Translations under genes and position numbers: made by a program
Notes under the pieces: generated by a model
Seen by the model: the letters and a program-made list of their open reading frames with translations, nothing else
What the model was told of the DNA's origin: nothing
Databases searched by the model: none
Shown here: positions 24,747 through 44,515 of the stretch, one piece after another
Layout: each line of letters begins with the position of its first letter
Position numbering within the stretch: position 1 is the first letter of the stretch
NCBI RefSeq assembly: GCF_009914755.1
Contig: NC_060943.1
Length of the DNA stretch: 64,000 bases
Source of the DNA: the human T2T-CHM13v2.0 reference genome, Homo sapiens
Reading direction: 5' to 3' (one strand)

Positions 24747-26332
24747 CAGCCCAAAACCAAGTGGGTGTCTGTTAGGAGGTGTGTGCCTTTGTGGCCAGGG
24801 TCCCGAGTGGGGTGGGGTCTGTACAGGGCCTGGTGGCTCAGCCGGAAGGGACCTGCTGAGCCACGTGTGGTCAGAGACCTGGGCTGATTCTGGGGTAGAG
24901 CAAGGCCCCCAGCTGCTGCCTCCTTTCCCGCTTCTGGAGTCCTGATGGTTCCAGGCGTGCCTGGCCCAAGTGTGTGGACACTAGGCGTAGTCCACAGGGC
25001 ACCGACCCTAAGGAAGGGCCCTGGGATTTCGTGTCCTTCACAAGTGGCAACAGGGGACCCCAAAGGGCTGATGCTAGTCGGTCACAGCACAGTGAGGACT
25101 AGAGCCGTTTTTGCAGAACTTGGAGCAGGACCTGTGGGTCCACCCGGCAAGTGTCCATTGCCTGACCATGTGGGTGCAGCTTTGCCTCCAGACACGCCTG
25201 CTGTGAGCCCCCAGCCCATAGGGGAGGGGATCCGGCAGGTGGGGGCTCTGCGTGGGGAGCTCATGCAGTGGACAGAACACCACTGCTGGCCAGGAGCCCG
25301 CCAGGCCTGCAGTGGGGGAGTCCGTGCCTGGGGGTGGGACTGAGGTGGGCTGGAGGGTCCCTGATGGGGCCAGAGCCACAGCGTGGAGTGAGGAGGTGGG
25401 AGCCGCAGAGGCGTGCCCAGTTGAGTGGTAGAGGCAGCATTTGGGCCTCCTTCATGCTCAGGTGCTCAGCTCCTTCCCCTGAGGGGCAGGAAGTCAGGGA
25501 GGAGGGAGTGAGAGGTGGGAGGTGGCAGGCGGGCGGAGGGGAAGATGTCCTGTCCCAAGAGCCAGGGGTGCCCCACCCCACGGTGACATGTTCCTGAACG
25601 GGTTGTGAGTGGAGGGCTCAGTTCCTGGGAACTGCCTCACCTGGACTGTGGGCGGGAGGCAGCTCCTGGCCCCGTGCCCGCCCCCTCGGGCCTGTTCCCC
25701 TGCCAGGATCTGGGATGGTTCACACCCCACTGGTCTGTGATGCCCAGTGGGCAGCAGGCATGCCCCTGCTGGGCTGGCCCACCTCCCGATGGCAGGTCCG
25801 CCCCCAGGATCACGGAAGCAGCTAGATCCACTCAGTCGTGGGTGGATGGCAGGCCAGGTGGGGCTGCTCTGGTGGGTGAGCTCATGGGGTTCCCTTTCAG
25901 AACGGCCAGGGTGCCATGCGGATGCGATGGGGTCTTAGGCCCTGCAGCGTTCACCTTGTGGCGCCCACCCCTTGTGGGCTGAAGCCGGGATTTGGGGGAC
26001 GCAGGGGCCTAGGACAGCGGGGAAGGGGCATCCTGGCTGGGGCGGTGGGTGGGAGGGGCTGCGGCCAGCCCTGCCCGTTTTGCCAGCATGGGTGGTGTGC
26101 ACTGGAGCCGAGGGGAGGGGGACCTGTGGGGTAACACATTGGGTCGAGTCAGGCCTGTGGCTCCCGCTTAGCCCACTGCTGTTTCCAGAGCACAGGGCAC
26201 GATGAAGGGCTTTTCAGCCACGGTGGGTGGGTGGTTAGCGCTCTGCCCAGGGCGGCTCAGGGTTCCCTGACTGTGGTTGTCTTCCTTCCAGGCGGCTGCA
26301 GGCTTCAGCCTGCGCTGGTTGGTGAAACAGAG

Positions 26333-26339
26333 ATGTCAG
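26333..26339 (+). CDS. SCAMP4: SCAMP4 coding start in exon 2 (exon 26292-26339; ATG TCA G)
   Basis: Acceptor cttccttccAG|GCGG; gagATGTCAG|GTGAGT donor. Joins exon 3 in frame to give [12 protein letters not shown]. Confidence 0.9.
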
Positions 26340-26814
26340 GTGAGTCCTGCCTGCCTGGGAGCCTCCAGCAGCGTGGGCGGGAGGGAGATGCCAGCAGTTC
26401 CCACAGGAGCCCTCGGTCCTGGCCGTTGGCACACAGTGTCCTCCTGGCCCACCTGGCCTCTGACTCCTCGGGTCCCGTAGCCCAGCACAGCTGGAGTCAC
26501 GCCTCTGCTGGGGGCAAAGGACAGCAGAGCCGCCTGTGTATCCGCTCGGACGCCTCACTGACCCGAAGCACAGCCCAGCCGGGTGCCCCTGCCATCACAG
26601 CTGCTCTTTCCTTATAGCAGCGGGCGTGTTCTCATGTGCCCCGGGGTCCCTCACCCACTCATTTACTGGCAGCCTTCCCCAGTGGGGCGTAAGCCCCTGA
26701 GGACAGGGCCTCTTGCTGTCTGACTCCCCATCTGGCCCTCGCAGGCGCCCAGGGACACTTCCTCAGGCAGTGCTGGCTGAGCAGAAGCTCCTGGGGGGCT
26801 CCCAGTGCCACGCT

Positions 26815-28130
<1,316 letters not shown>

Positions 28131-28256
28131 GAAGCGTCCCCAGGCCACAGCCTCCCCGCAGTGTGCGGACTCGGCCTGCTGAGCCTGCATGTTGGCGTCC
28201 CCGCCTGCCGGAGGGAATGATACTAAATGCAGCCTGCTGCAGCCGCACCCACACTA

Positions 28257-28643
<387 letters not shown>

Positions 28644-29005
28644 TTAAAACAGTGAAATCAGTTATCTGACAGTTCTGGAGACCAGAAACGCTAACATCAA
28701 GCTGTAGGCCGGTTCCCGCCTTGCCCAGCGTCTAGAGGCGCCCCCATCCCTCCACTCAGGGCCCCTTTCTCCCCCTTCACAGCCTCAGCGCAGCCTCTTC
28801 CCGTTTCTCTCTGACTCCCACCCTCCCGTCTCCTCTCGTGAGGCTGCCACGAGGACCCTCTCCTGTCTCAGCGTCCTGCCCTCAATCCCAACTGCAGAGT
28901 CCCTTCTGCCATGAGAGGCAACCCAGCCTTGGGTCGAAGGGATGAGGTGGGGCCTCCTTCAAGAGACAAAGTCTGGTTCTGTCCGTGGGTTCTCTGTCCC
29001 TACAG

Positions 29006-29134
29006 AAAAGGAGAACAACTTCCCGCCACTGCCCAAGTTCATCCCTGTGAAGCCCTGCTTCTACCAGAACTTCTCCGACGAGATCCCAGTGGAGCACCAG
29101 GTCCTGGTGAAGAGGATCTACCGGCTGTGGATGT
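29006..29134 (+). CDS. SCAMP4: SCAMP4 exon 3 (129 nt)
   Basis: ccctacAG|AAAAG ... ATGT|GTGAGT; encodes (E)[42 protein letters not shown], the conserved SCAMP proline-rich/amphipathic segment. Confidence 0.96.
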
Positions 29135-29438
29135 GTGAGTGCGCCTGGGGGCAGGAGGCGGGAAGCGGGAGGCAGGGCTCCCCGAGGGAGGGAGTGGCAT
29201 TCAGGCAGGGGCAGCCCGTCGGGGGCCCACCGTCTACCGAAGCCGTCCTGGGCCTGGTGGTCCCTGCGGTGAACGAGGCTGGTGTCCAGGCCCCAGTGTC
29301 TTGGCTTGCACAGTTCATCCTCGACATGGGGTCACCGGGCTGGGGAGGCGGACAGCGGGTGCCCCATTGCTGGGCCCATGCTTTCCCACGGCCACACCCT
29401 CCCGTGCCTGCTCATCCGTCCTCCCTCTCTCTTCGCAG

Positions 29439-29595
29439 TTTACTGCGCCACCCTCGGCGTCAACCTCATTGCCTGCCTGGCCTGGTGGATCGGCGGAGGC
29501 TCGGGGACCAACTTCGGCCTGGCCTTCGTGTGGCTGCTCCTGTTCACGCCTTGCGGCTACGTGTGCTGGTTCCGGCCTGTCTACAAGGCCTTCCG
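29439..29595 (+). CDS. SCAMP4: SCAMP4 exon 4 (157 nt; TM1, TM2, E-peptide)
   Basis: cttcgcAG|TT ... CG|GTGAGC; encodes (F)[16 protein letters not shown]...[10 protein letters not shown](R), the SCAMP E-peptide. Confidence 0.96.
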
Positions 29596-29715
29596 GTGAG
29601 CAGAGCTGCCGGGGGCCGTCTGCACCCAGAGGGAACCAGGGCCCACTCTGCACCCCAGTCCCAGCCCAGCTGTGAGGAGCTGTCCCTTTCTCTGCCCAGT
29701 GTGAAAGACAGTTCA

Positions 29716-30139
<424 letters not shown>

Positions 30140-30200
30140 CTAGGCGCGTCTGGGAGAAGCCAGGGCTGTGGTAACCGTCGTGTTTTCTGTCCCTCCCCAG

Positions 30201-30302
30201 AGCCGACAGCTCCTTTAATTTCATGGCGTTTTTCTTCATCTTCGGAGCCCAGTTTGTCCTGACCGTCATCCAGGCGATTGGCTTCTCCGGCTGGGGCGCG
30301 TG
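30201..30302 (+). CDS. SCAMP4: SCAMP4 exon 5 (102 nt; TM3)
   Basis: ccctccccAG|AGCC ... TG|GTAAGC; encodes [33 protein letters not shown](C). Confidence 0.96.
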
Positions 30303-30402
30303 GTAAGCCTCTCTCTGATGGGCGTGGTGGCTGTGATGTGGCTCAGCTGCCAGGTTGTGGGCCTGCTGGGAAGCCAGGCGGCCACCGGAGCGTGCTGGTC
30401 CG

Positions 30403-30578
30403 GGATTGTACGCGCTCTCCTAGGGAGGGGTCTGAGCTCACCCTGGCAGCGCCCGCGTCCTCGCCAGCGCCCGCGTCCTCGCCAGCACCCAGCCATGGTT
30501 CGCGATTGTAGGCACTCTCCTAGGGAGGGGTCCGAGCTCGCCCTGGCAGTGCCTGCGTCCTCGCCAGCGCCCAGCCAG
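30403..30578. repeat. Tandem duplication (units about 100 and 83 bp) with an internal 18-bp repeat in SCAMP4 intron 5
   Basis: gattgta...ctctcctagggaggggtc.gagctc.ccctggcag occurs twice; CAGCGCCCGCGTCCTCGC is doubled in copy 1. Confidence 0.85.
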
Positions 30579-30745
30579 GCTTGTCTCCTGAGTGTTGATC
30601 ACACCCCTGACCCGGGGTCTGGGAGCCAGTTCCTGGCTGCTGATGTTTCTGCACGGATCGCTGCAGGAGGAAGACCTGTACATCTGTAAAAACACACATA
30701 CCTGGTGCTGTTACCACACCTGAGAAACTCACAGTCACTCTCTAA

Positions 30746-31359
<614 letters not shown>

Positions 31360-34078
31360 TGATCCACCCGCCTCGGCCTCCCAAAGTGCTGGGATTACAG
31401 GCGTGAGCCACTGTGCCTGGCCAAATTTGTGGCTTTTTAAATAGGCTTTTTATTTTGGAATAATTTGTAATTCTCAGTTGCAGAGAGTGACTGTTCTCGC
31501 CCACGTCCCCGACGTGTCTCCCTTGTCCTTGGCACGGCGGGAGCTCCCCACGGGTGACGCTGCTCACGGAGCCGTGGGTGCCTTTGGTTTCCTGGGCTCC
31601 CGTTAGCAAGCTCCTGTTCTGGGGTTCCTGCCCCACAAGACTGCGGTACTCTCACGCCAGTGCACAGATCAGAATCCAGATAAGGTCCCAGGTTTCCTGG
31701 GATGGTGACTCCTCTCCCTTCAGGGCCCCTCGATCTGCAGGCCTCTCCCCTCCTGCACCTGCGCCTGGCGCCAGGCCCTCCAGGGTGGCTGGGATCTGTG
31801 GTTTGTGCACCCCTCGGATGTGCCGCTGAAGCTGGTCTGTCACCTGCCACCCCAAGAGCCTGAGTGACGTTGCCCCAGGGATCTGAGTTAGAGTCATAGT
31901 GAGCGTGTGCCTGGGACTCCCAGCTCTGCCAGCCTTTGGGGTGCTTCCCCCTCCTGCAGAGGCTGTGGCTGCAGGTCAAGGCACTGCTCGTCATCCTCCG
32001 AGTCCTCCTGAGCTCCCAGCTGCCAGCTCGGCTCCCACTGGCCCTTCCCTGGGCTCCAGTGCCTCCTGTGAGCCGCCTCCCCGGTGCGTCCCCAGCTCTC
32101 CCAGGCTGAGCTGGGTGGACAGGCCTGTGCCCGTGTTGGGTGGTCCTGAGATCCCGGCATGAGGTGAGTGCCCACATGTGACCCTCAGAGACCTCCCTGC
32201 CCCCTCGGCCCTCGTGCACGTGCGGCAGCAGCGACTTGGCTCTTCTCATTGGAGCCTGGGTCATCTCCCGCAGGTCACGGGAGAAGCTGAGCATGCGGTC
32301 CCTGCCCGAGGTGGACAGAAGGTGAACGCTCTTGAGAAAGAAACCCAGCGGGTCTTAGGAGAGCCCGGCCCCCCTTGTAATGAGAGAAATCAAACCACAG
32401 CGCACAGCGACTTCATGTCCACCGTTGGCTTAGTGAGGCCCCACGCTCAGTGCGCTGCTGTGGGGCGAGAGGGGACAGCCCCGCTCTCCCTGTCCTGGGC
32501 GGCTTCACCAGCGCCACCTCCCCACACACTCTGTGCACTGCTGTGGGGCAAGAGGCGACAGCCCCGCTCTCCCTGCCCCGGGCAGCTTCACCAGCGTCAC
32601 CTCCCCAGGGGTGACGCATGCCCGAGGCCATGAGCCACGGCAGCATCTGTGGTGGCAGAGGACTGGAAACTCCAGAGAAATGACCCCCAGCGGGGCCTAG
32701 CTGTGTAGATGGTGAGGGTGGCCACATGGCGGCAGCCAGGTACTGAGGACACGGTGCAGCAGGGGCCCCCGGTGGGCCCCGCCAGGAATCGGACATCAGC
32801 GGGCGCCGCAGCCTCTAAGCGGAGCATGCAGCCCACTGACAGTGTGCTGGGTGCCTCCCTAGACCTGACACTTGCATGCGGGGGCGTGCGATGCTGGCCA
32901 GTGGGAAGCTGCGGGGGCGGCGGCAGGAGTCCTCAAATGCCTTTGCCGCTTTTCATAAATCTAAAATTACATCCAAACAGAGGTTTACTTTTTTAAAAAA
33001 TAAAAGAGGCCAGGCATGGTGGCTGACGCCTGTAATCCCAGCGCTTTGGGAGGCCAAAGCAGGAGAATCACTGCTTGAGGCCAGGAGTTCAGACTGGCCT
33101 GGGCAACATAGGGAGAAACCATCTCTCCAGAAAAAAAAAAAGAGGAAGGAATGACCCAAAGACCATGCAGCCTGTGATGCTGTGGAGGCTCCAAGCAGGC
33201 GAACACAGGACAGGCCAGCATCTTGCAGGGACGCGGCGGGGGGTACCGCGTGTGCGTGCATATCACGCCCCGTGCATGTGTGTGCATAAGCTCCCCGGAC
33301 ACATCCGGGGGTGTGGGTCCTGCGGGCTGCCTGTGCACCAGGGAGGGGAGTCAGCAGGAGAGAGACTGTACGTCGTGCCTGCCTTTAAGTTCCCTGAATT
33401 TTAAACCCTGTGGTTTCATCACCTGTTAAGACAAAAATCTCAAAATGACTGTTTTCTGCCTCCTGGGTCTCAAAGGCAGGTGCAATGCCCAGAGGCTGGT
33501 CCTGCACAGAGGGACCCAGGGCGTGCTGGCCTTCCCAGTGTCCCACTGGTGGCTGATCTAAGCAGTGCTTTCCCTCGTTTTTTTATTTTGAGACAGAATC
33601 TTGCTCTGTCCCCCAGGCTGGAGAGCAACGGCACGATCTCGGCTCACTGCAGCCTCCCGCTTCAGCCTCCCAGATAGCTGGGATTACAGGCATGCGCCCT
33701 CATGCCTGGCTAATTTTTGTATTTTTAGTAGAGACGGGGTTTCACCTTGTTGGTCAGGCTGGTCTCCAGTTCCTGGCCTCAAGTGATCCGCCCGCCTCGG
33801 CCTCCCAAAGTGCTGGGACGACAGGCGTAAGCCTCTGCGCCCGGCCTCCTCATTGTTTCTAATGGTCCCTCAGTGCCTACCGGGTGATGGTGGCAGATTT
33901 TCCATCCGCATGGCTCCCGGACATGCGGATGTAGGTTTCAGCAGTTCCCATCATTAGACACAGTTGCCGTAGGCTGGGTTCTTAGTAGCAGGCTCAGTGG
34001 GGCCTTTGAGTCTTTCCATGGCTGGTGCCCGCCGGACTCACTGAGGGAAACTAATGGGGAAGCACTGGTCTCCATTCC

Positions 34079-34218
34079 CTGCACGCACAGCCCACTGCTG
34101 CGATGGTGAAGGGATAAGGTTGTGTTCACGCGTCGAAGTTTGTGTCCACTGCACACGCGGCTCACTGCTGCGATGGTGGAGGGATAAGGTCGTATTCACG
34201 CGTTGAAGTTGGTGCCTC
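34079..34218. repeat. Tandem duplication of about 70 bp upstream of SCAMP4 exon 6
   Basis: cactgctgcgatggtg.agggataaggt.gt.ttcacgcgt.gaagtt occurs twice. Confidence 0.88.
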
Positions 34219-34381
34219 TCAGTATCGCTTTATGTTTGTTGGCCACTTGGTGGTCCTTGTATGAGCTGTCCACTCCTTGTTGATTGGCCAGAGCTCTTTA
34301 CATGGGGAGGACCATGGGCCGGACCATGGGCCCTCATCCAGCAGGTGTGCAGGCACCCACGCACTCTCTTGTCCCTTGCAG

Positions 34382-34499
34382 CGGCTGGCTGTCGGCAATT
34401 GGATTCTTCCAGTACAGCCCGGGCGCTGCCGTGGTCATGCTGCTTCCAGCCATCATGTTCTCCGTGTCGGCTGCCATGATGGCCATCGCGATCATGAAG
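34382..34499 (+). CDS. SCAMP4: SCAMP4 exon 6 (118 nt; TM4)
   Basis: cccttgcAG|CGGC ... AAG|GTGAGT; encodes GWLSAIGFFQYSPGAAVVMLLPAIMFSVSAAMMAIAIMK. Confidence 0.96.
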
Positions 34500-34900
34500 G
34501 TGAGTCCTCGGCTTTGTGACGTCCAGCCCTTACCCCTTCTCCATGAACCTCGTCACCCAACTGTCCCAGGTGGGTGAACGTCGAGGAGCCGGGCCCTCTC
34601 CCCACGGTGTCACGCAGGCCGCACTTCATCCCCAGCAGTGAGCTGGGATGACAGCAGGAGGCACTGTCACCAGGGACACTCCCAGGGACCCAGCGCCCGG
34701 GTTCCTATGGGGCCAGTCCTGTGGCCCCCTGGGCCGGGAGTCCAGACTCCAGAGGGAAGCAGGGGTTGTGTGTAAACCGCAGTGTTTGCAGGAACAGCTG
34801 AGGCCCTGGAGCTGTCCTGTCAGTGAGGGTGGGGCCCCTTGCAGGTTCCCGGTCACAGTTTCCATCTGAAGATAGCGGAAGTGTTGAGCTGGGCTCATAA

Positions 34901-35372
<472 letters not shown>

Positions 35373-35421
35373 CGCCATGCTCATTTTCTGCTTTCTGCCT
35401 CCCTGTCCTCTGTCCTTGCAG

Positions 35422-35598
35422 GTGCACAGGATCTACCGAGGGGCTGGCGGAAGCTTCCAGAAGGCACAGACGGAGTGGAACACGGGCACTTGGCGGAACC
35501 CACCGTCGAGGGAGGCCCAGTACAACAACTTCTCAGGCAACAGCCTGCCCGAGTACCCCACTGTGCCCAGCTACCCGGGCAGTGGCCAGTGGCCTTAG
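35422..35598 (+). CDS. SCAMP4: SCAMP4 exon 7 coding part (cytosolic C-terminal tail); completes the 229-aa secretory carrier membrane protein 4
   Basis: tccttgcAG|GTGCAC; encodes [19 protein letters not shown]...YPGSGQWP then TAG. Summed CDS is 690 nt in frame, with no N-terminal NPF repeats, as expected for SCAMP4/5. Confidence 0.96.
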   Translation: MHRIYRGAGGSFQKAQTEWNTGTWRNPPSREAQYNNFSGNSLPEYPTVPSYPGSGQWP

Positions 35599-36123
35599 AG
35601 GGAGCCTGCCCTGCCCCCACCGCCCACCACCTCCTCCCCTTCATTCCTGCTGCTACCCCTGGTCCCGAGGGCTGGGAGTACCTGGGGCCCCATCCCCCCA
35701 GCTGGGATGGTGGAAGCCGGTGGTGGCCACGGACCGCCCCCCTCCTGCCAGGGCCACAGAACCCGTGTTCATCTCATCCGAGAGCGGAGTTCCTCACAAG
35801 CACTCCCCAGCAGCCCTTGGCCTCTGCCGTCCACAGGACGCCCTCTTGCTCCCGGAAACGTGTGGTCACCCGCCGTCCACTGCACGGCTGGTACGGCCTT
35901 GTCTTCAGGTCTCGAGGCCTGACTCCGGGGGACAGGTGGCAGCAGGTCGGCCGCCCTCCCGTCCTCCCAGAGCTGCTGGCGCTGAGGTCAGAGCGGGTCT
36001 GATGGGGAGCTCCGTCTCACCGGCCACCCGCCGTCACCATGGCAGATGCCCTTGGCCGGAACTAATAAGAGGCGTCGGGGCCAGCTTCCGGTCCCCTGCA
36101 GTGATAGAGGGCTTGGTGCCTAG

Positions 36124-37284
<1,161 letters not shown>

Positions 37285-37299
37285 TGAAAATATCCTGGA

Positions 37300-37305
37300 A
37301 ATAAA
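37300..37305 (+). terminator. SCAMP4: SCAMP4 polyadenylation signal AATAAA
   Basis: Canonical hexamer with U-rich upstream sequence (ttttgttatgtg) and GU-rich downstream sequence (gtttgtgctgtg). Confidence 0.85.
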
Positions 37306-37494
37306 TACATGTTTCTGCACTTAGAGCCAGGGACCTGCCGCGTTTGTGCTGTGAGCATGTGTGGTTCCCCCAGGCCGTCTTCTCCCTTGGGAGACCCCTC
37401 AGCATATGGCCTCTGGCAGGATGCCCCCCTGCAGCGCCTCCTCCCACCCAGGCCCCGGGTGCCCTGTAGCCAGGTGTGCCCAGGGCTGACCCTG

Positions 37495-38972
<1,478 letters not shown>

Positions 38973-39456
38973 CTCAAATACATTTTTTAAACAGGAGGAT
39001 GGGTGGCATACTTTTTTAAATGTGTGCAAAACTCTTGAACATCTGGCTTCATAGAGGACAAGAGGGATGGCTCAGCAGCTCTGTCGCAAAAGGGTGTTTT
39101 ACCACAACAAAGATTGAGGGCAAATGGTCTATCTAGGATGTGAGCCCAGGAAGTACCGAAGGGGTGTGGGGATGGGGAGTGGCCCATAGGGAGGCATGAA
39201 CAGGGAGGTTACAGCTCCAGGCTGCTGGAGCTCAGTCCCTCTGAGGATCTGGCTCAGGTTGTCGTCCGGAGGTGAGGGAGCTGGGGTATTTATCCTCCAA
39301 CTCCCCTGCAAATGGTATGGGGGCTGGGGAGGCTTAGCTCCGCCCTCAGGTAGAGAGTCATAGATGCTGGTCTGTGTGTGTTGTGCTTGTGTTGCGTGTG
39401 TATCGTATGTGTGTGTGTGTATGTGCATCTGTGTGTCTATGAGTGTCTGTGCTTTA

Positions 39457-40602
39457 TTACAGATTGAATTAGGTCCTCCCCAATACCCATATGTTCACAC
39501 CCTAAGCCCCAGGACCTCAGAATGTGACTTTGCTTGGAAATAAGGTCATTGAGGATGAAATTATATAGTTAAGATGACTTCATTCTGGAGTAGGGTGGGC
39601 ACTGATCCAGTGTGACTGGTGTCCTTTACATAAAACAGGAAATTTGAGCTGGGCCCAGTGGCTCTCACCTGTAATCCCAGCAATTTGGGAGGCAGAGGCA
39701 GGAGGATTGCTTGAGCCCAGGAGTTCAAGACCAGCCTTGGCAACATAGTGAGACCCTATATCTACAAAAAAAATTAAAATTAGCCAGGTATGGTGGCATG
39801 CGCCTGTAGTCCCAGCTACTCAGGAGGCCGAGGTGGGAGGATTGCTTGAGACCAAGAGTTTGAAACCAGTCTGGGCAACATAGCAAGATCTCATTTCCAC
39901 AAAAAATACAAAAAGTGTCAGGGCATGGTGGCACATGCGTGCATTCCCAGCTACTCAGGAGGCTGAGGTGGGAGGATTGCTTGAGTCCAGGAGATTGAGG
40001 CTGCAGTGAGCTGTTAACGGCGCCACTGCACTCCAGCCTGGGTGCCAGAGAGAGACCCTATCTCAAAAAAAAAAAAAAAAAAAAAAAAGCCAGGTGCAGT
40101 GGCTCACGTCTGTAATCCCGGCACTTTGGCACACCGAGGCGGGTGGATTATCTGAGGTCAGGAGTTCAAGACCAGCCTGGCCAACATGGTGAAACTCCGT
40201 CTCTACTAAAAATACAAAAAATTAGCCAGGCGTGGTGATGCACACCTGTAATTCCAGCTACTTGGGAGGCTGAGGTGGGAGAATCGCTTGAACCGGGAGG
40301 TGTAGGTTGCAGTGAGCCAAGATCACACCACTGCACTTCAGCCTGGGTGACAGAGCAAGACAAAAAAAAAGGGAAATTTGGGACACAGACACACACAGGA
40401 CGAACACCATGGTGAAGCTTTCGCAAGCCAAGAACGCCGGTCACCGCCAAGAGAGGCCTGGGACAGAGTCCACTCGGGCTCAGAAGGATCCAGCGTCGCT
40501 CACACCTTCGTCTGGGACTCGCAGCCCCAGAACCGAGAGAGAATAAACAGGTGTTTGCGCCGCCGGGTCTGCGGTACCTGTCAAGGCAGCCCTAGCAAAC
40601 CG
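39457..40602 (+). mobile_element. MLT1 LTR interrupted by Alus
   Basis: acctcagaatgtgactt...ggaaataaggtc...tgactggtgtcctt; GGAAATTTG flanks both sides of the Alu block; ends ...gcagccctagcaaac. Confidence 0.78.
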
Positions 40603-40858
40603 ATGCGTGTTTGCATGTGTGAATGCGTGTGTGCGTTTACATGTTCAGGAGTGACAGGTGCTGCAGGGTACTGACGGGGACCGCAGCCTCTGCTGTGCGT
40701 CCTAAATATCACGCCCCTCTTTCTGCAAACTGTCGCCCCAGTCACTGCCCCGTCTTCCCTTCGGAGGTCGACCCCGCCGCCCTCCGCTCGGCCGCCAGAG
40801 GGCGACCTCGGACTCCAGTCGGACGGGCTCTGCCCTGGCTCCCGGGCTTCAGGTTCTA

Positions 40859-41005
<147 letters not shown>

Positions 41006-41700
41006 TCAAAAAAAAAAAAAAAAAAAAAAAAAGAAAAGAAAAAAAATGGGGAGTGTCCGCCTCTGGACAAGGTGCAGCCGGCATGATGTGGCTCCTGAGT
41101 GGCCACGTCCCCTTCAGGGTCACGGGGCGATCCAGGGAATGAGGAAAGGAAGACGGAACTGCAGGCATGGCGGGGGACCTGGCGGGCAGCTGGGGGCATC
41201 GTGTGCCCCCCCCCATGGCTACTGCCCCTGGTGGTGAGTCCCCGGGGTGGGCATCACTAAAAGAGTGACTGTGATGGCTTCATTGGGCTGGGCCCTCCAG
41301 GCTCCCCCTCCACCCCTGCCACTGAGCTCCACGCCCGGACCCAGGCCTGGGGGCACTGCAGGGACGGATCCTCAACCCTCTGGCTTCAGCTTCCATCCCA
41401 GCGGGGTCCAGCTGGGGACTTGCACCAGGGGGCAGGGGGCTGGGAGAGTGAGGGAGGAAGAGTGAGGGAGGGGAAGTGAGGCCGATTGTCGGTCCCTGGC
41501 CTCCTCCCTCTAGAGGACAGCCTGTCCATGGGGGTCCCTCTCTGCAGCCCATCCCCCACCTGTAAGGCGCCCACTGTTGCCAACCCCAGGGGCTGTGTCA
41601 TTCCGCGTTGCTGCCCCTCACCCTGCCTACGCCTCCACAAACCCCACTGCTAAATCCTTCTTCCACATGAGGGAGCCATCGCCTTCCAACAGCAATTTAG

Positions 41701-42701
<1,001 letters not shown>

Positions 42702-43437
42702 TAGTAGAGATTGGGTTTCACCATATTGGCCAAGCTGGTCTCAAACCCCTGACCTCAGGTGATCTGCCTGCCTCAGCCTCCCAAAGTGCTGGGATTACAG
42801 GCATGAGCCATGGCTCCCAGCCTCTTCTTTTTTATTAAAAAAAATAATAATTTGTTTTTGCTTAATTTATTTCACCAGTCATATCACAAAGACATGTGTT
42901 GTTTTAGGCCACTGAGTTTGGTATAATTTGTTATGCAGCAGTAGCTGACTGATACAATAGGTGTTCCTGGATTATCTTCAGAAACCTGATAATAATATGT
43001 ACACTAACTAGGGCTGTATCAGGGTGCATGGCAGGGTTTTTGAAGGCATTTTAAAGAGGTTTAGTTCCTGTCCTCAGGAGCTGCTGCCTAGTGGGGCAGA
43101 CAGACCATGAATATCCATCATGGAAGGCAGAACACATAAGTACATGGACGAAAGCAGTTCCAGAGGCTGGTGGGTTGGATTCATTTGGCCTGATGTATCA
43201 TGGAGTCCTCCCAAAAGAGGTGATCATCTGCCTGAGCTTTGCCAGACCTGTTGGGCTGAGAGAAGCCAGACAAGGCTCAGATGGGTGGAGGGTCAGGGTG
43301 GGTTGGAAAGGAACAAGTCAGTATGGGTGCAGAGGGCGTCCTGATGGATAGATGGGGCTGCGAAGTGGAACCAGCCATTGAGGCAGCCTCGAATGCTGTC
43401 CCCATTGTGGGGACTTTGAAAAGCCACCCTCCTTTGA

Positions 43438-43680
<243 letters not shown>

Positions 43681-44113
43681 TAGCCAGGATGGCCTCGATC
43701 TCCTGACCTCGTGATCTGCCTGCCTCAGCCTCCCAAAGTGCTGAGATTACAGGCATGAGCCACCGCGCCCGGCCAATTTATATTTCTGGTAAGGGGTGGG
43801 AAGAAGGAGCTTTCTCAGGCTGGAGGGGAGAGAAGACAGATGAGCACAGACACTCCTGGCAGCGGCATGAGGGCCGGGGAGCAGGTGCAGGGCACGGCAG
43901 GGCTCTGCAGGGCGGTTGTAGTTGGTGAGGACCACTGGAGCAGGGCCTTGAAGGGCGTCACCCCTCACCTGGCTGCCTCTGGGCCATCCTCCAGTCTGCC
44001 AGGGACTAGCAGAGGGGAGAAAGTGGGAGAGGAATCATTATTTGATGACCTCATTCAGCCCTAGGGATTTGGGGTGGCTAAGGTAGAATGGCAGTGGATT
44101 ATATCTGACATGA

Positions 44114-44515
<402 letters not shown>

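Noticed and set aside
36064-36069. AATAAG as a proximal SCAMP4 poly(A) signal
   Set aside because: Weak variant hexamer with no clear U/GU-rich downstream element.
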